DNA from: Ruditapes philippinarum | Lineage: Eukaryota | NCBI RefSeq assembly: GCF_026571515.1 | Contig: NW_026854319.1 | Location: 62,001-126,000, forward strand | Direction of reading: 5' to 3' | Length of the DNA stretch: 64,000 bases | Part shown: in pieces, positions 1 through 13,419 of the stretch | How the letters are laid out: each line of letters opens with the position of its first letter | Numbering within the stretch: the first letter of the stretch is position 1 | Notes under the pieces: generated by a model | Told to the model about the DNA's origin: nothing | What the model saw: only the letters and a program-made list of their open reading frames with translations | Databases searched by the model: none | Made by a program: the position numbers and the translations under genes

Positions 1-115
1 GGACCTGGTGTTGGCGGTGGTGTTGGCGGATGTGTCGTTGGCGGATGTGTCGTTGGCGGATCTGTCGTTGGCAGATCTGTCGTTGGCGGTGATGTTGGCG
101 GTGGAGTTGGAGAAC
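1..115 (-). CDS. Gene A exon, Pro/Thr-rich mucin-like stalk (GSPTPPPTSPPTTDLPTTDPPTTHPPTTHPPTPPPTPG), truncated by window edge
   Basis: tttag acceptor at 116-120, phase matches the FN3 exon, 15-bp coding repeat. Confidence 0.75.
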
Positions 116-205
116 CTAAAATAAACACACAAATCATAACACTTAACACAGAAAGAAAACTTTGAATATGTTAAAGTAATAAAAGTAGCGTCTCCATCTC
201 CATTT

Positions 206-431
206 GCGCCGCGTCATAACAAAACCAACATAGTGTGTTTGCGACCAGCATGGATTCAGACCAGCCTGCGCATCTGATCAGGATCCATGCTGTTCGCTTA
301 CCAACTCTATTACAAGTAGAGAATCTGATAGCGAACAGCATGGATCCTGATCAGACTGCGCGGATGCTCAGGCTGGTCTGGATCTATGCTGGTCGCAAAC
401 CCACTATGTTAGTTTTGTCGTGACGCGGCTC
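206..431. mobile_element. Palindromic MITE, Sola-like
   Basis: Long TIRs, 4-bp TSD ATTT, same family as 52684-52918. Confidence 0.85.
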
Positions 432-2830
432 ATTTGTCATTACTGTTTACATCATTACAATTAATACACCATTTATTCTTTTTTTATTATATTTTTTTTT
501 TGTCATACAGATTAGTTGTTTGAATATTAATAGAAGCTTTTGATAATTTAAGGAATAGCAACATAACCAGAATAAATAGAAATGACCTAAAGATTTGTGA
601 GTTAAAGAAATCATTTTCGCAACGCACTTTCGGCCAGCCGCCTTTCAAGGAGTAATTTGCATCCCAAAATAACATAATTATCTAGAGCTACATCATCGCA
701 ATTGATATTTTACACACTGCTTTTAATAGATGCCAGTTTACTTCGAATCTGCTCACTCTGCGTGGAAAGAATGACTTCTAGCTTATACACTACACTACAC
801 TTAACAAATCTTATAAGTGTGCACCTTTTATGTCCTTATACTGTGCCGCTATGATAATGTGAGAGTGACGTTGCATTTTTTGTGTACACAAAAGTTTACA
901 ATCTTTGTCTTAATAGGTAAAACAGGGTATTTAGAAGTGAATATGATTCAAAATCAGAAATAGAATTTGAAAAGTCTCGATGGCAAAGTTGGTTAAGTCA
1001 CTAGGATGCCATACAAATTAAATTGTATCACGAGTACGAGCACAAGCTGTCAAACCTTTTTTTTTCTTTTTCTTTCCCTATTTTTATTTTTACATGAGAT
1101 GCAAATTAATTGGAATATAAAGGCAGTTTTGTTATAATTTCGAATAATTTATATATACCGAAAATAATAATTTTTATTCTGTGTAGTGTGTAATATATAT
1201 TAGTAGTACTTTTGCAGAGCATAAGTTTTTCGTGCTTGTGGTATTTTTAGTTTCAACTTTTCGGCATTTTCTAGTTGGGTGGTTCCAATATTCCTACTTG
1301 ATTAATGTTGAATCACACTTAGGATATGTTGCCTGCTTTTTAAATTTGACTTTTGACGTCTTATCTGTGATACGCAGGCTTCATAACCTCTGATCCCGTT
1401 TCAAAATTCCATTTTATTTAGTTCCACCCATTGTTTTCTCGTTTAGGGCACACGCTTTTTATGACTTGGGGACCATACGCCGCTTTTCATGGAATGGCAC
1501 GGCAGTGTCACATTGAAGGTTCCATGATAACCGCCGTATGAACACATCTGCGGATGTTACTAAATTCAAATTTTTACTATTTCATGTTTAAATGTTGACT
1601 TCTGCTTAAGCCGGTGCTAGGGAGCGTGGATGGTAACTTGCACTTTCCAGTACCGTCCATGAACAGGCTCAATCAAACTGAGCCTGCAACATTTTCAATT
1701 TTGCCGTGTTGGGCTTTCTTTAGGGATTCTGTATTTATCTATTTTAACTATAGTTGAAACAATTTATGTACATGTGAGCATTCCGTATCAGGTTGCACCA
1801 ACTTGCTAGATATAGCAACATTTAAAAACAAAAGTGAAATGAGAAATTAATAGAAAATAACACACCGCTAATAATCTTTACAAGAAAAAAAGAAATTCTT
1901 AATCGATTGATAATTATACACAAAAAAAATTGGGACCGAACCTGGCTGTCTTGCATTGATCTGTAACTAAAACTTTACCACACAACTTTACCTACTGCGT
2001 TACGCCGACAGTTGGTAAATTTGTCGATATTCTAATTTATATGGCAAGCCTGCTTCACTTAAGATATTAAACACAATATGATAACTGTTATACACCGTTA
2101 AAGTGGACATGACCACCGCGTCACTAAATAATTATCCTAAAAGCACAGTAACTTTTTTGTTCATCAATATTTCTTTACAAAATTTTGTGTTCTGACTATT
2201 GGCTGCATTTCCACACTTTTCCCGTGCTCAAACTTGTCAAATTTAATTATTCGGCGCGTTCAACCATGAACGTACAAAATTCACACAATGCGCGAAAAAA
2301 TTGTGTGAATGCGTGAAAGAAAATTGCACATGATATTTTCGAATACAACAGAGATTCACATATCAGAAAAAACATAACATACGGGTACATTATCTATTCA
2401 ACAGCGTGGCATAGCCCTAGGATTGGTCTACGCTGGAGTACACCAAGCAGAGATTGGTAAAAATAATTTGTTTATATAATTATTTAAACTCCATTGCATT
2501 GTAAAAGCTCACATTTTTTAGAAATACATCTTAAAATTTATATTGAATGAAAAAAGAAAACGTATAAAAACAATAGCCTGTCTCTTTTCTGTATTTATTG
2601 AAAATTTCAGCATGATCGGGCAAATATTGGTCACCATATGAGACCATTTATCCATGCACACTTATAAGATTTGTTAAGTGTACATTGGTATGCAACTAAA
2701 ATCTATACCTCTTTAAAAACTTAACGAAAGGGCTGCGATTTTATTTCTTATTTACTAAATATTTTAGTAAAACGTTCATAAACCTTTAATAGATAAATTT
2801 AATAACAAATATTTAATTTATTTAACTTAC

Positions 2831-2986
2831 CAGTGGTGAATGTAACCGTATTAGAGGGAGCCGCGGCGTTGCCTTTACTGTTACTTGATTTAACGTCCAT
2901 GCTATAAGTTGAGCTTTGTTGCAGATTATTTAATGTATAATTTACACGATTTAAACTGTGATCCTTCAGTGTAACCGTGTCAATTT
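2831..2986 (-). CDS. Gene A exon, FN3 C-terminal half
   Basis: acag acceptor, G|gtaagt donor, 156 bp. LNNLQQSSTYSMDVKSSNSKG fits the FN3 L...T.Y.V...N..G motif. Confidence 0.88.
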
Positions 2987-3770
2987 CTGTTGAATGTAAA
3001 AAAGAAAGAAAAACAGGCAATCGTTTACTTGAATTCCAGGAAATATTATTAGTCTCGAAGACATTGCGGGACGAATCGAAATAAAGTGACATTGGAACGG
3101 TTTCTTTTGGTTTCATGTTCAGAAGTATTCGAGACTATTCCGGATAATTATCAGGGTATAAAGCTATATCTTATGAAATTATTTTATCAAATTTATCAAC
3201 AATAAATGTTTATTGTTTGGATAATCATACGGTTGATCCTCCAAAGAATTGTAACATAAACTGTCTCTATCATTTAACATACATGTACATAGATACTAGT
3301 ACTATAGTAAATAGAATAAAATGTTCACCGTACATACAGGTATTTTGGTAGCATTTTTTTTTCAAAATTTAATAATTTTTGAAGTAGATACAGTTAATTT
3401 TGAAATACCAGTGTCGGTATAATGATGATATACAATATAATTGTACTTTTCTTGAAATACCACGCATTTACATTTACAAAAAACTTCAAATTTCTCAGAT
3501 GTGCCAGCAATAAGTGACATTGACGCTGTTATTAAGGATTGCGAACTTTCAAGTAGCGCCTTGAAAATTGGCATGTAAGAAGTTGACCATATTTCAGATT
3601 AGATTCCTTGGATTCTATTCCAATATTTCAGCCATTTTTGCACGCATGTCGTCATGATATTACTTTACTAGATAACTGTAGACATAGCTGTTGAAATTTC
3701 CTTTTTCCAAGAGTTACATGATACTAGTTAAACGGTTTTTTTATAATTATATTTTAGATGGAGATCTTAC

Positions 3771-3896
3771 CTTGTCCTGAACTTTGCACTGTAAAAGTTT
3801 GTATGTTGTCATAGTCAAAACCTGGTTGCCATGACAAGGTAGCACTATTGAGAGTAATGTCCCCTACTTGCAGATCTGTAGCACTGTCAGGTGGTC
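3771..3896 (-). CDS. Gene A exon, FN3 N-terminal half (GPPDSATDLQV...SATLSWQPGFDYDNIQTF)
   Basis: gcag acceptor, G|gtaaga donor, 126 bp. FN3 motif PP...L.W.PGFD...QTF. Confidence 0.9.
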
Positions 3897-4095
3897 CTGC
3901 AGGTGAAAATTGTTTAAAGTTACATTATACATGTACACTTGTAAGCTGCATATATGCAAAGTTATCTATTTATGATTGATTTGCATATTTTGAGTCGACC
4001 CCTAATTAATCTTAGTAACTATGAGTCGCCAAAACACAATTAGAATTAAGTAACTTTGAGATTACCCGTACTGTTCCTATAATATTAATACATAC

Positions 4096-4365
4096 CGTCA
4101 GCTTCTATGAAATACACGACAGTATTTTCTCCAGCAGAATTACTCATTGTAAGTGAATAATTTCCAAAGTCTTCAACCTTGACCCCTTGGACGTCAACAG
4201 TTGACGTATACCCATCATCCACGTGCTGTACTGGAGCCCCACTATGCGTCCACACAAATGTCGGGGCCGGATAACCAGTCGCAAACATTTCCATCTTCAA
4301 AAACTCCCCGACTCTCGGCGTTTGTGTGTAAATGATAGTTTGTCCAGGGTCAGGTCTTGGAATAC
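4096..4365 (-). CDS. Gene A exon, Ig (I-set-like) domain 3
   Basis: 270 bp phase 1-1, motif GYPAPTFVW...EDFGNYSLTMSNSAG. Same length as and clearly similar to 30801-31070. Confidence 0.9.
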
Positions 4366-4933
4366 CTTAGATACATGAATTCAATAAGTTTTTTTAATTC
4401 TATTTATAGACAAATGTTCCGATTTTATAAATTCCATACCATTTAAAGTAAATTTAAAGTAAATAAATTCAAAATATACTAAATTACGTGCATAAGCATT
4501 AAAAATAACAAAGTTGTTGAGTTATGATGAATTATTTGATCTTCTTATTAATTTATCAGTCACACAGATCTGCCATGAAAAAAATATGTTAAAATGGGCG
4601 TGGTCTTAAATGAGATGAGGTATTCCAGATAGATAACAATAATCGGTGGTTTCTTTACAGGTTCGTGCTTCCAAAAGAAGCATTGTTCTAACCTTTGTAA
4701 AGTGCTGGTACAATAAAACCCCAATTCTGAAGACCGCTACCTAATCCAACCCTTAGGCAAAGGGATAAAGTGAATAGAAATGAAATAAACGAATTAAAAG
4801 AAAAAATAATAGATAATTATCTATTATGGAACAAAGGTCAAGGTTCATTTTTATATAACACTGCAATCTTCGGCAATATTTTGAGAATATACGATTTTAA
4901 ATATAAGATTGGTTGACCTACATTTGAACTTAC

Positions 4934-5197
4934 ATAAAACTGTTAAATTTAGGTAAATTTCGTCATAGTTCAACAAATTTGAACACGTAAGTAGATACGT
5001 ATCCATGCTACTGCATTTGACTTTAAACGTCGCGTTAAATGTGCCCAGTTCATTTGAATGGAACGCAACGGCGCCGTTACTTTTCTGTGTGAGACGTATT
5101 TCCGGTTTAGGGTTCCCTTCAACTGTTAATTTGGCAGAAAATGTCTCATTTTCTTTTAATGTGTCCTGATAGCTGTGGCTTAGAATCTTAGCCGGAT
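4934..5197 (-). CDS. Gene A exon, Ig-like domain 2 (YPAKILSH...VEGNPKP...KCSSMDTYLLTCSN...LTVLC); not in ORF track
   Basis: ttcag acceptor, T|gtaagt donor, 264 bp open frame, homologous to 13143-13415. Confidence 0.85.
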
Positions 5198-5675
5198 CTG
5201 AAATTCACAACAACATTATTTTATGAAAGACACTTTAGATATGCCAAACTTTTTCCAAACTTATTTAGAGACTGTTTTCATAAAAAGGGGTTTTCATAAG
5301 AATAAATAAAGGCTGAAACCGGTAAACTATATTTAAATTCCGATCCACGATTTAGATTTTAGTATTAATATGTCATTTTTAAAACTGTAATCGCTTTGCT
5401 GAGTTTTAGCACAGATTCTGAAAAATGAAATTCGGTTAAAAAATACTATATATATTTTAGGCGGCTAGTAAGCTTTTTATCAAAGACCTTTTTTATCTTT
5501 TGCAATAATTGTTGTTGTTGTTGTTGTTGTTAAAAGGTATTAGTTGTTGTTTTTAAAATGTATTATTTTCTTGGAGAAATCTTGACTGCCAAAATTCTCG
5601 TTTACATTACGTGTGTTGGAGCATACAGAAGGAAAATATTTAGTGGCGTTTAACCTATAACGTTAATATACTTAC

Positions 5676-5915
5676 AAATTACGTCAACATACGCTGCAAA
5701 TATCTGTTTCGTGCTATTTTTAGAATGGTCAATATCAAAGCACTCGTAGTACTGGGACTTATCCCGGGTTATCTTAGTGATATTTAAAATTGGCCCATCG
5801 TAATGATATTGCAAGTTTGAGTTCTCCCAGTATACTGACCCGCCAGGTGACCTCTCGCCATCACAAAATACAAACAAATCATTGCCTTCCAAAACCGATT
5901 GCTTGATGCTTTGGG
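5676..5915 (-). CDS. Gene A exon, Ig domain 1
   Basis: tttag acceptor, T|gtaagt donor, 240 bp phase 1-1. Ig pattern C..W..L.I..I.R..S..Y.C. Confidence 0.85.
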
Positions 5916-5981
5916 CTAAAAATTTAATAAAAATTAATAAATGGTTTAATTATAAAGGTAGATAGACAGCTTCTAAATTAA

Positions 5982-6279
5982 AGGCACATTATGCCTTAGA
6001 AATCCATATTTTTATTCTTTTCTTAATTTTCAAATATGTGTTTAATCATGTTTTAATAAAGGATTTAGATATTATAAGATGTGTTGCAAATGTGGCAAAA
6101 AGTAAACAAAGTAGTATTTGAACTTCCATACAAAATTTAGTATGATTATGGCCATTGCAAACAGAGCAAAAGAAGTAAAAGATGGTCCATGACAAAAAGG
6201 GTATTTTTTGTAAACTGTAACAAGATACCAAAAATTGGACTTTTTGATAGCATTTCTGACTCAGAGGCATTATAAACCT
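5982..6279. mobile_element. TTAA-flanked MITE (Kolobok-like family 1)
   Basis: ttaa|AGGCACATTATGCC...GGCATTATAAACCT|ttaa. Confidence 0.65.
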
Positions 6280-6614
6280 TTAACGAATGTGTATAGAGGA
6301 ATAAAACGGGTGGCAAAACTTAATAATCAATTCACTGTCAAAGCATTCAACAATCTCAAATACATGTACATGTACTATTTTGTAACTGTTTAGAGTTGTA
6401 AAAGAAATCAATTACTGATATGTCGAATTCCAAATCAATTACCAGACGACTTTGATATAGCAATGTTCGAGATATCAGATTTCATTGTTTTCCTTAAGAC
6501 TCGATATCTATGATTGAAATTCAAAATCTCTCATTGTGGAATTCATCTCGATCAATTGCATTTCAAGCCAGCCACCACCGCATTTTTAATAGGTAACGCG
6601 ACAAGACATGGTAC

Positions 6615-6990
6615 ACAATATAACATTATATTTACATATCATAACGTAATATTAACATTACAAAAATGACATAACATAAATTAATACATTATTGGCATTA
6701 AATAACATATAGTAACGTTTTACATTGTATTAAAAAGGAAGATATAATTTACATAATATTAACAAAAAATAATGTTAACATAACAATATTTACATAACAT
6801 AATATTAGCAAAAAATAATATTAACATAACAATATTAACATAACATAATATCAACATGACTTACATGTATTATTAACAAAACGTAAAACTTACGTTACAT
6901 AATATTTACATAACATAATATTGACATAGAATAATATTAACATGACGTAATATTGACATAAAATGATATACGATAACGTATCGTTACGCG
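6615..6990. repeat. Degenerate AT-rich ~20-bp tandem repeat (acataatattaacata)
   Basis: Visible periodicity. Confidence 0.75.
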
Positions 6991-7004
6991 TCAAACCATT
7001 TTTT

Positions 7005-7368
7005 TACAAGATTTAAATTACATTGACAACGTTCAGAGGAGAATTTTACTACCTGCAAAACCCATGACCCCCGGGACGGGCTATTTTTAACCGCAGGGTA
7101 AAATTGTTGCCCAACTAATGTTTTATGCCAAATTACTAAGCTTTAGCCTCTGTGGCCTTTGAGGAGAGGTTTTTCTACATAATTGTCAGAAAAGCCCATG
7201 ACCCCCAGAGCGGGGTCAATTTTGATTTGGCTAATACCTTGGTTGCAGTCCACTAGAAAATGCTTCATGACAAATATCTAAGGTGTTTTACTATGTATAT
7301 ATATAGTAAAATATCTGAGATCTAGTCGCTGTGGGTTTACCGCCCGTTGTGTTCCGGTGAGCTAAAAC
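7005..7368. mobile_element. Helentron/HINE-like non-autonomous repeat
   Basis: Two gacccc..cgggg subunits and a terminal ggtgagctaaaa. Confidence 0.45.
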
Positions 7369-7596
7369 TATTTGTAGAATTTGCTACCCTTTATTACTTT
7401 AAACAGGTTGTGTGGTATTTAAAGGTAACATTACCTGCACGGTAAATATTACATGCACCGTAGTTAACCGACATTGTAACAATGGACGAACACATTTTCA
7501 ATGGAAAAGTCTCCCAGCTATGACACGAAGACGAATCATCGCATAAATTATTATTTGTGCATGTACAACACATAATTGTTTTAGTAAATTACTTAC

Positions 7597-7645
7597 CGCT
7601 TGCTGAAATAAATACGGTTGTTAAAAAAGCAATTTCCACTTGCAT
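7597..7645 (-). CDS. Gene A (Ig3-FN3 cell-surface protein), exon 1, signal peptide MQVEIAFLTTVFISAS
   Basis: ATG at 7645, hydrophobic 16 aa, phase-1 donor G|gtaagt. Joins in frame to the next exon (ASA-QSIKQ). Confidence 0.65.
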
Positions 7646-9429
7646 TATTAAATAAGATAATCACAATAGTTATAATATTGGTAATATAAACATGTTTCCG
7701 AATAAACTCCGAAATCTAATCACAAATCTACGCATATCTATATCTATTTTGCTTTTCATATACTGGTCATATAAGAAAACGGGACAAGCAATTAATATAG
7801 ATATATAACAATGAACTGTCTAACACGATAACGACACTCGTAATCGAGTCCAAATATATCCCGTATTGTACAGAACAATGTTAAACAACATATTCATTCT
7901 CATCTCTCATCTCCAAATCATAATGAGAAAACGCAAAATGTTACTAGATTAAACATTGTAATAAAAAACCTATATTTGCCATATTTGTTAGTGTATTTTC
8001 ATGTTTTTTAAACCTTCATATATTCTGGTACCCTGCCTATTATGCTGCAATTGCCTAGTAACAGGGACTAAACTCTATCACAACTATCATTCCATACGGA
8101 GCACCTCGTCGATTATTCAAAATCATCTCGGAACTAAAACGGATTTGGAAGTAGTTATACCATGTGATGTTTGATTTGATATAGAATGTATAATCTTTAA
8201 ATAATGAGTAACGATATCTATAATTTTTATTCGACATACAATGGAAAATAAAGTCTATTTCGGTAATTTATCATTAAAACAATATATGTCAGAATCAATT
8301 TAGGAATAACCATTGGCATACATTTATAACCAAATACGATATGTCATAAACAGATACATATTTTGTATTATACATAAGAATTAGTATGAAAATACTTTTT
8401 ACTATAAAACTATGAATTAAAAACTATGAATTAACTTACTTTTACTTAATTTTTACACATTATAATCACGGAAACCCCAGCATTTTACATACAATTTGTT
8501 TAAATGTTTACATTTGGTACTGTAGAATTCGTACGACTGTGCTCGAGATAGTTATCCAAAGAGTGACGGAAAGGGCCGAAAAGATACAACTGGCAGATAT
8601 GTTAACAACGTAATGTTGTGTCTTTCATTGGAGTATCGGCGTGACGTCAACTGTTAACACAAACGTGGCGTAATGACGTGACGTCTTTTAATGTTAACGG
8701 TAGTCAATTCTCTACAAATGCGTAACTTTAGTATTTCAAATTTTCAACATACACAGTTTCGTAATCAAATTCGTGAAGAATATTTTGTCATGGTATCAGG
8801 TGACGTATATAATCTACATAAACATTGATAGTTATACAAACAACTAGTAGTTCACTTTCATTTTCGGAAAATAGAAGATAATTAAGTTTATTCAAAATCA
8901 GTGAATGTGTTAATAAGACAATTATGGTTAAAAAGACAAATATGGTCACAGTTTTGTAGCGTCTTGTAAAACATGTTTCAAGGAGGAGTTTTAAGATTCA
9001 TTATCTATATTTGCATCGTGTACAATACAAACTGCTTAAAAGATAAAGGTATGTTCCCTTTATTTAAACATTTAATAGTTTAACTTCATTTATATAATTC
9101 AGTATTGTATAATAAGATGTATGCGTGACATATGTAAACATGTACATGTATTTTCTAGCTATGTTTACGGTGGACAGCGTATTTATTGTGGTACAAATCG
9201 CACCGTATTACCGGCGCCAGTTATGTCAGATTGCTGAAAAAAGTATTCAATTTTCAAATAGTTTTTTGCCAAATTACTTTTACCTTACATTTTCGTCAAA
9301 TTAGAACATCTAAATTATATTTTGTTCTGAACTCTATTTCGCACACCATGAATTCTACATGGATAAAAAGACATTAATGAAAATGGAAAGTAAAAAACAT
9401 GATTTAGCAACTTTTATTTTAAATAGTCC

Positions 9430-10230
9430 TACGGTTTATGAAGTCCTAATTAGAAGTTAGTTCTACTAACTAGGTCTTTCTAAACAAAGTTCTAATCAAA
9501 AGTATTAAATGTCATAATAGAATAAAGAGTGTATGAATTTCTTAATCAAATTTTATTATGTTTTGCACTGATGAAGGCATATAGCCGAAACGTATGCAAT
9601 AAATAATTACTGTCTGTCTATTTATTTTAATCATATTAAGGAATTTATAAACTCCTACTTATACATTAGTTTCCTAATTAATAGATATAAATTTGTTCTA
9701 TGAAAAACATAATTTCTAATTAGAAGTTATAAAAGCCTTTGTAACTTCTAATAAATAGCGATAAATAAATTAGTTAAAAAGACGTATTAAGAGAAATTGG
9801 GATTTTTAACTTCTTATTACTAAGGAGAAAAAAGCCTAACGAGAAAACAGACTTGTTATTTCTTATTAGGAGAAATAAAATTCTAATGAGCAAAAGCTAA
9901 TAAGTAGTTACATAGATCAAATTAGGATTTTTTATCTTTTAGTTTCTAATTAGGAATTACAAAAGCGTACTCCCTAATCATGACTTAAAGTACTTAATTT
10001 GATAAAGTGTAAATTAAAATTATATTTCTCAAATTCTAATTAGGAGGTACAAAGTCCTAATTTTAATTCTATTTAATTTATCCTAATTACGCTTTTAAAT
10101 CTTATTATGAGTTGCAAAGTCAACGTTGAAATAATGTGTTTTCCCTTATAGTTGTTACTAGGAGTAACAAAGTTCTATTTAATAACAAAGTCCTAATTAG
10201 ACTTTTAAAACTCCTAATTAAAAGTAACAA
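9430..10230. repeat. Degenerate repeat rich in the palindromic motif (C)CTAATTAG(G)
   Basis: More than 10 variants of tcctaattag/ctaattagga. Confidence 0.6.
9563..9599 (+). ncRNA. Minimal type I hammerhead ribozyme (Penelope-like-element type)
   Basis: ttgca-CTGATGA-a-ggc atata gcc-GAAA-cgta-tgcaa, with AATAAA at 9598-9603. Confidence 0.72.
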
Positions 10231-11269
10231 ACAGACTGACGGAATTCAGATTTTTCCATAGAAATACTAAAACATTTATGAAAACGCTGTCATTTTTTAG
10301 AGATTTTCGACCGTGCGACCACATACACGCATCGAGGACATGTTGGTATGAAAATGACCGTGCGACCTCACACACGCATCACAGGATTCCCTTTCTCGTA
10401 CGAGAAAGGGACAAAGAATTGTCCGACCCTTTATCAAAGAGCAGACTTAAAAAAAAACATGCCGTTTCCTTATTGTTATTCATAAGGAGGCTAATATCCA
10501 CATATATGTCTTGAATTAATATATATACAACTATAGTTATGCAAACCAAATGGGTATCAGTTTTCGTCATTTTAAGCTCGTTATAAAGAAATTTAAGCCA
10601 GCGTATATAATTTCTTGGAAAATCTTGAGTTGTTCTTTTTCTCTTCTTTTTATTTTATGTATATTAAAGAATTATTTTATTTCTGCAAAACATGAACGTT
10701 TCCGAAACGTTTTATATGCGTTAATGGGGGAGATAATTTTCACGCTTTGTCCGCAATATTATTGGTGGGGGACAAATTACGTTGAATTTGTATACTCGAC
10801 TTGTAATACTTGTAATAAAAAAAGATTAAGTGATGGGCTGCAAGAAAAAATAGATTAAACTTGAGCAGATGACAGTGCTGGCACTGGTAAAAATATATAC
10901 TAAAATCCTACCCTGCAGAATTTGTGAAATTGACTTTTCAAGCTTACAATTTTTGGATCTGTCCATTATCAGCTAACAGTACATAACCTGACTGCACGGA
11001 TGTTCACCAAGGCTCGGCTCTATACTGGTTAAATTATTTCGGTTCCAACAGGGTAAAGCTGCAGTGTTGTTTACAGTTGTCATATTTACACACTTACATT
11101 TGATCAAACGCGTCGGACAAGTAATCTAAGTATTGCTGGCTGGCTTGGTTCAGGTCCCGTCAGGGGCAATTCGTGGTTACCTTGAGCAAGAAACTTCATA
11201 CACATGTTACGAAATACCCCACCGTATATTTCAGTTTTCGCTTAAAATATTTCTGTAATCGTATATTAA

Positions 11270-11627
11270 AGGGACTCCATTGAGTTTTTTTTTTTGACAT
11301 GATGGGAATGAAAATATTTTTACAGATAAATGTTCCATTTGATGTAGGTTTAGACCACTAATCTTTGTGCAAAATTTTAATTCATTCGCGCACTTCGTTT
11401 TTCCAGAATAATTATTCAAATTGTAAAAAAATGACCAAAATTATAAATCGTTTAAACGCTTTTCACTCAAATCTGGCAAAGAAACGCATAAAAATACGAT
11501 TTTGCAATTTATTTCAAAGTATATGTCTTAACTATCTTTGTATATATTTCTGTTTAAAGAGTCCCAACTCATTTATGTAAGAATTCAAATGTTATGTTCT
11601 AGGCTTTTAAACCTCAGTGGAGCCCTT
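11270..11627. mobile_element. TTAA-flanked MITE (Kolobok-like family 2)
   Basis: agggactccattgag...ctcagtggagccct, with an inverted relative at 60381-60626. Confidence 0.65.
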
Positions 11628-12381
11628 TTAACCTCATTCAAAGTTTAAACAAATTCGAGTATACTATTTCAATATGCTGACACATGTATGTCAAACTGTA
11701 GCTTTCATTTGTAATATTTTTAATAAGTGCGTCGAAGAAACACTTTCAATACATGAGAATATTCACTATATACCTATGCCTACGAACACAACAGTAAGAA
11801 ACATAATTACAGACCAGGCTTATTAACAAACATTGGAAAATTCATGAGAATTGCTATATATTTATAGCCGTAGTAAATCTTGTTTTGTCCAGTAACTGTG
11901 TTTTCAATTAAACGCTTTCTCGATGCACCTAACGCATTAATTAATATATTTTCTGTCATGAGAAAACTATACATGTAACAATTAATAGTTTAAAGTCTAG
12001 ATAGTGAATAAAGATACAATAATGAAATTAATTATAGATTGATCTTGATTTTCTGTCAGAATGTTAGCCACCTTCAGTGCGCTTCTGTCATCATCGGCAG
12101 CCTCGTTCGTTAAAAGCTTAAATTCCAATGTCCTTCAGAATGTCCTGTCTGCTGTCCTGCCAGCAGAACATCAAGTAAATTTTGAATGTCTTAATAAATT
12201 TCCTGGCAAGTGTCGTGCCAGCAGAACATTGTGTAAAATTTCCTGTCTATTGTCGTGTCAGGCAGACGTTGACAATTCAAAAACACTAAGATGAAAAGAA
12301 AGAAAGAAAGAAATGCGAGAATGATATGTCTAAACAGCGATGGCCCTAATAAAATTCTACCTATTGACATCTTTTTTTCAG

Positions 12382-12612
12382 ATCAGGAAACTGTGCAAAT
12401 TATTGAAGGGGGCTATATTGATATACTCTGTGACAGTACCGGGTACCAGGGAGATCAGATTTACTGGGAAAGTGATAATAGATTATTTCATGTTGACGGG
12501 AACCAGCTGTCTTTAAAAGCAATCACACGGAACCAGTCCGGATCATACGGATGTTATTCACAGACTGGGGAACGTTCTGATGTTATAGAAAAGATTTTTC
12601 TTGATGTTCTTT
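12382..12612 (+). CDS. Gene B (Ig3-FN3-TM receptor-like paralog) exon, Ig domain 1
   Basis: ttttcag acceptor, T|gtaagt donor, 231 bp. Motif LC...IYWE...LSLKAITRNQSGSYGC. Confidence 0.87.
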
Positions 12613-12661
12613 GTAAGTAAGGTGAAAAGTTCGTGCCGTATTCCATTTTTCATCTTCGTTC

Positions 12662-12694
<33 letters not shown>

Positions 12695-13142
12695 ATTTTC
12701 GCCTATATTTTAGACCAATCGAGAACATGTGATCAATGAATCACTACAAGACACCAATGATAACGATCGAATTTCTCTTAACCATATACTTATAGACTTC
12801 ATGTATTTTCAAACCCATTGAGGGGTTGCCTTTAAGGATTGAGGCATCAGAACTGTAGTCACCGTTTATCTCTGAGTGATCGCAGGAGGCGACTAAATGG
12901 GTTCGATTTACTGGAGTCTATACATCTCTTAGCTCCAGCTGGTATGGGGTGGTTCTGACCCCTGGTGTTGCTTAAATTTAAGTTTGTTACACCCGAGGCA
13001 AAATATCTTTCCTATTTCGGCGCCATATGACCTAAATTGTATCGGTGCGCTGTAAAAACAAACAAAACAAGTCACGTATGTTCATTCAGGCAAATATAAA
13101 TGCAATATGGTTCTTTTCACTTTTTTCCACATTTTTTTTCAG

Positions 13143-13415
13143 ATCCTTCAAAGATATTAACCTGGGATTCCCCATACAGCAGACTGGTTCAGAATGACAG
13201 TTATGACATGGTGGTTTACATACAAGGGAATCCCCCGCCTGACCAAATACTTCTCATATCAAATCAAACAGGAAAAGTCTTGTTCCGAGATAAAGGCGAT
13301 GGAAGAAGAAATATAACACTGAAGTCAGTGCAATGTGGAGATAGTGGAACGTATCATCTATACGCTGTAAATGACCTCGACACGGACGTGTTCACTAAGG
13401 ACATAACAGTGTACT
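13143..13415 (+). CDS. Gene B exon, Ig-like domain 2
   Basis: 273 bp phase 1-1, IQGNPPP...VQCGDSGTYHLYAVN. Donor T|gtaata was altered by a transposon insertion. Confidence 0.85.
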
Positions 13416-13419
13416 GTAA

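Noticed and set aside
235-423. 62-aa ORF with a near-identical partner at 52692-52874
   Set aside because: Both lie within a palindromic MITE.
8700-12380. Signal-peptide exon of gene B (candidates near 9150, 10550, 11850 and ORF 12061-12294)
   Set aside because: None combines an ATG, a clear hydrophobic core and a good phase-1 donor.
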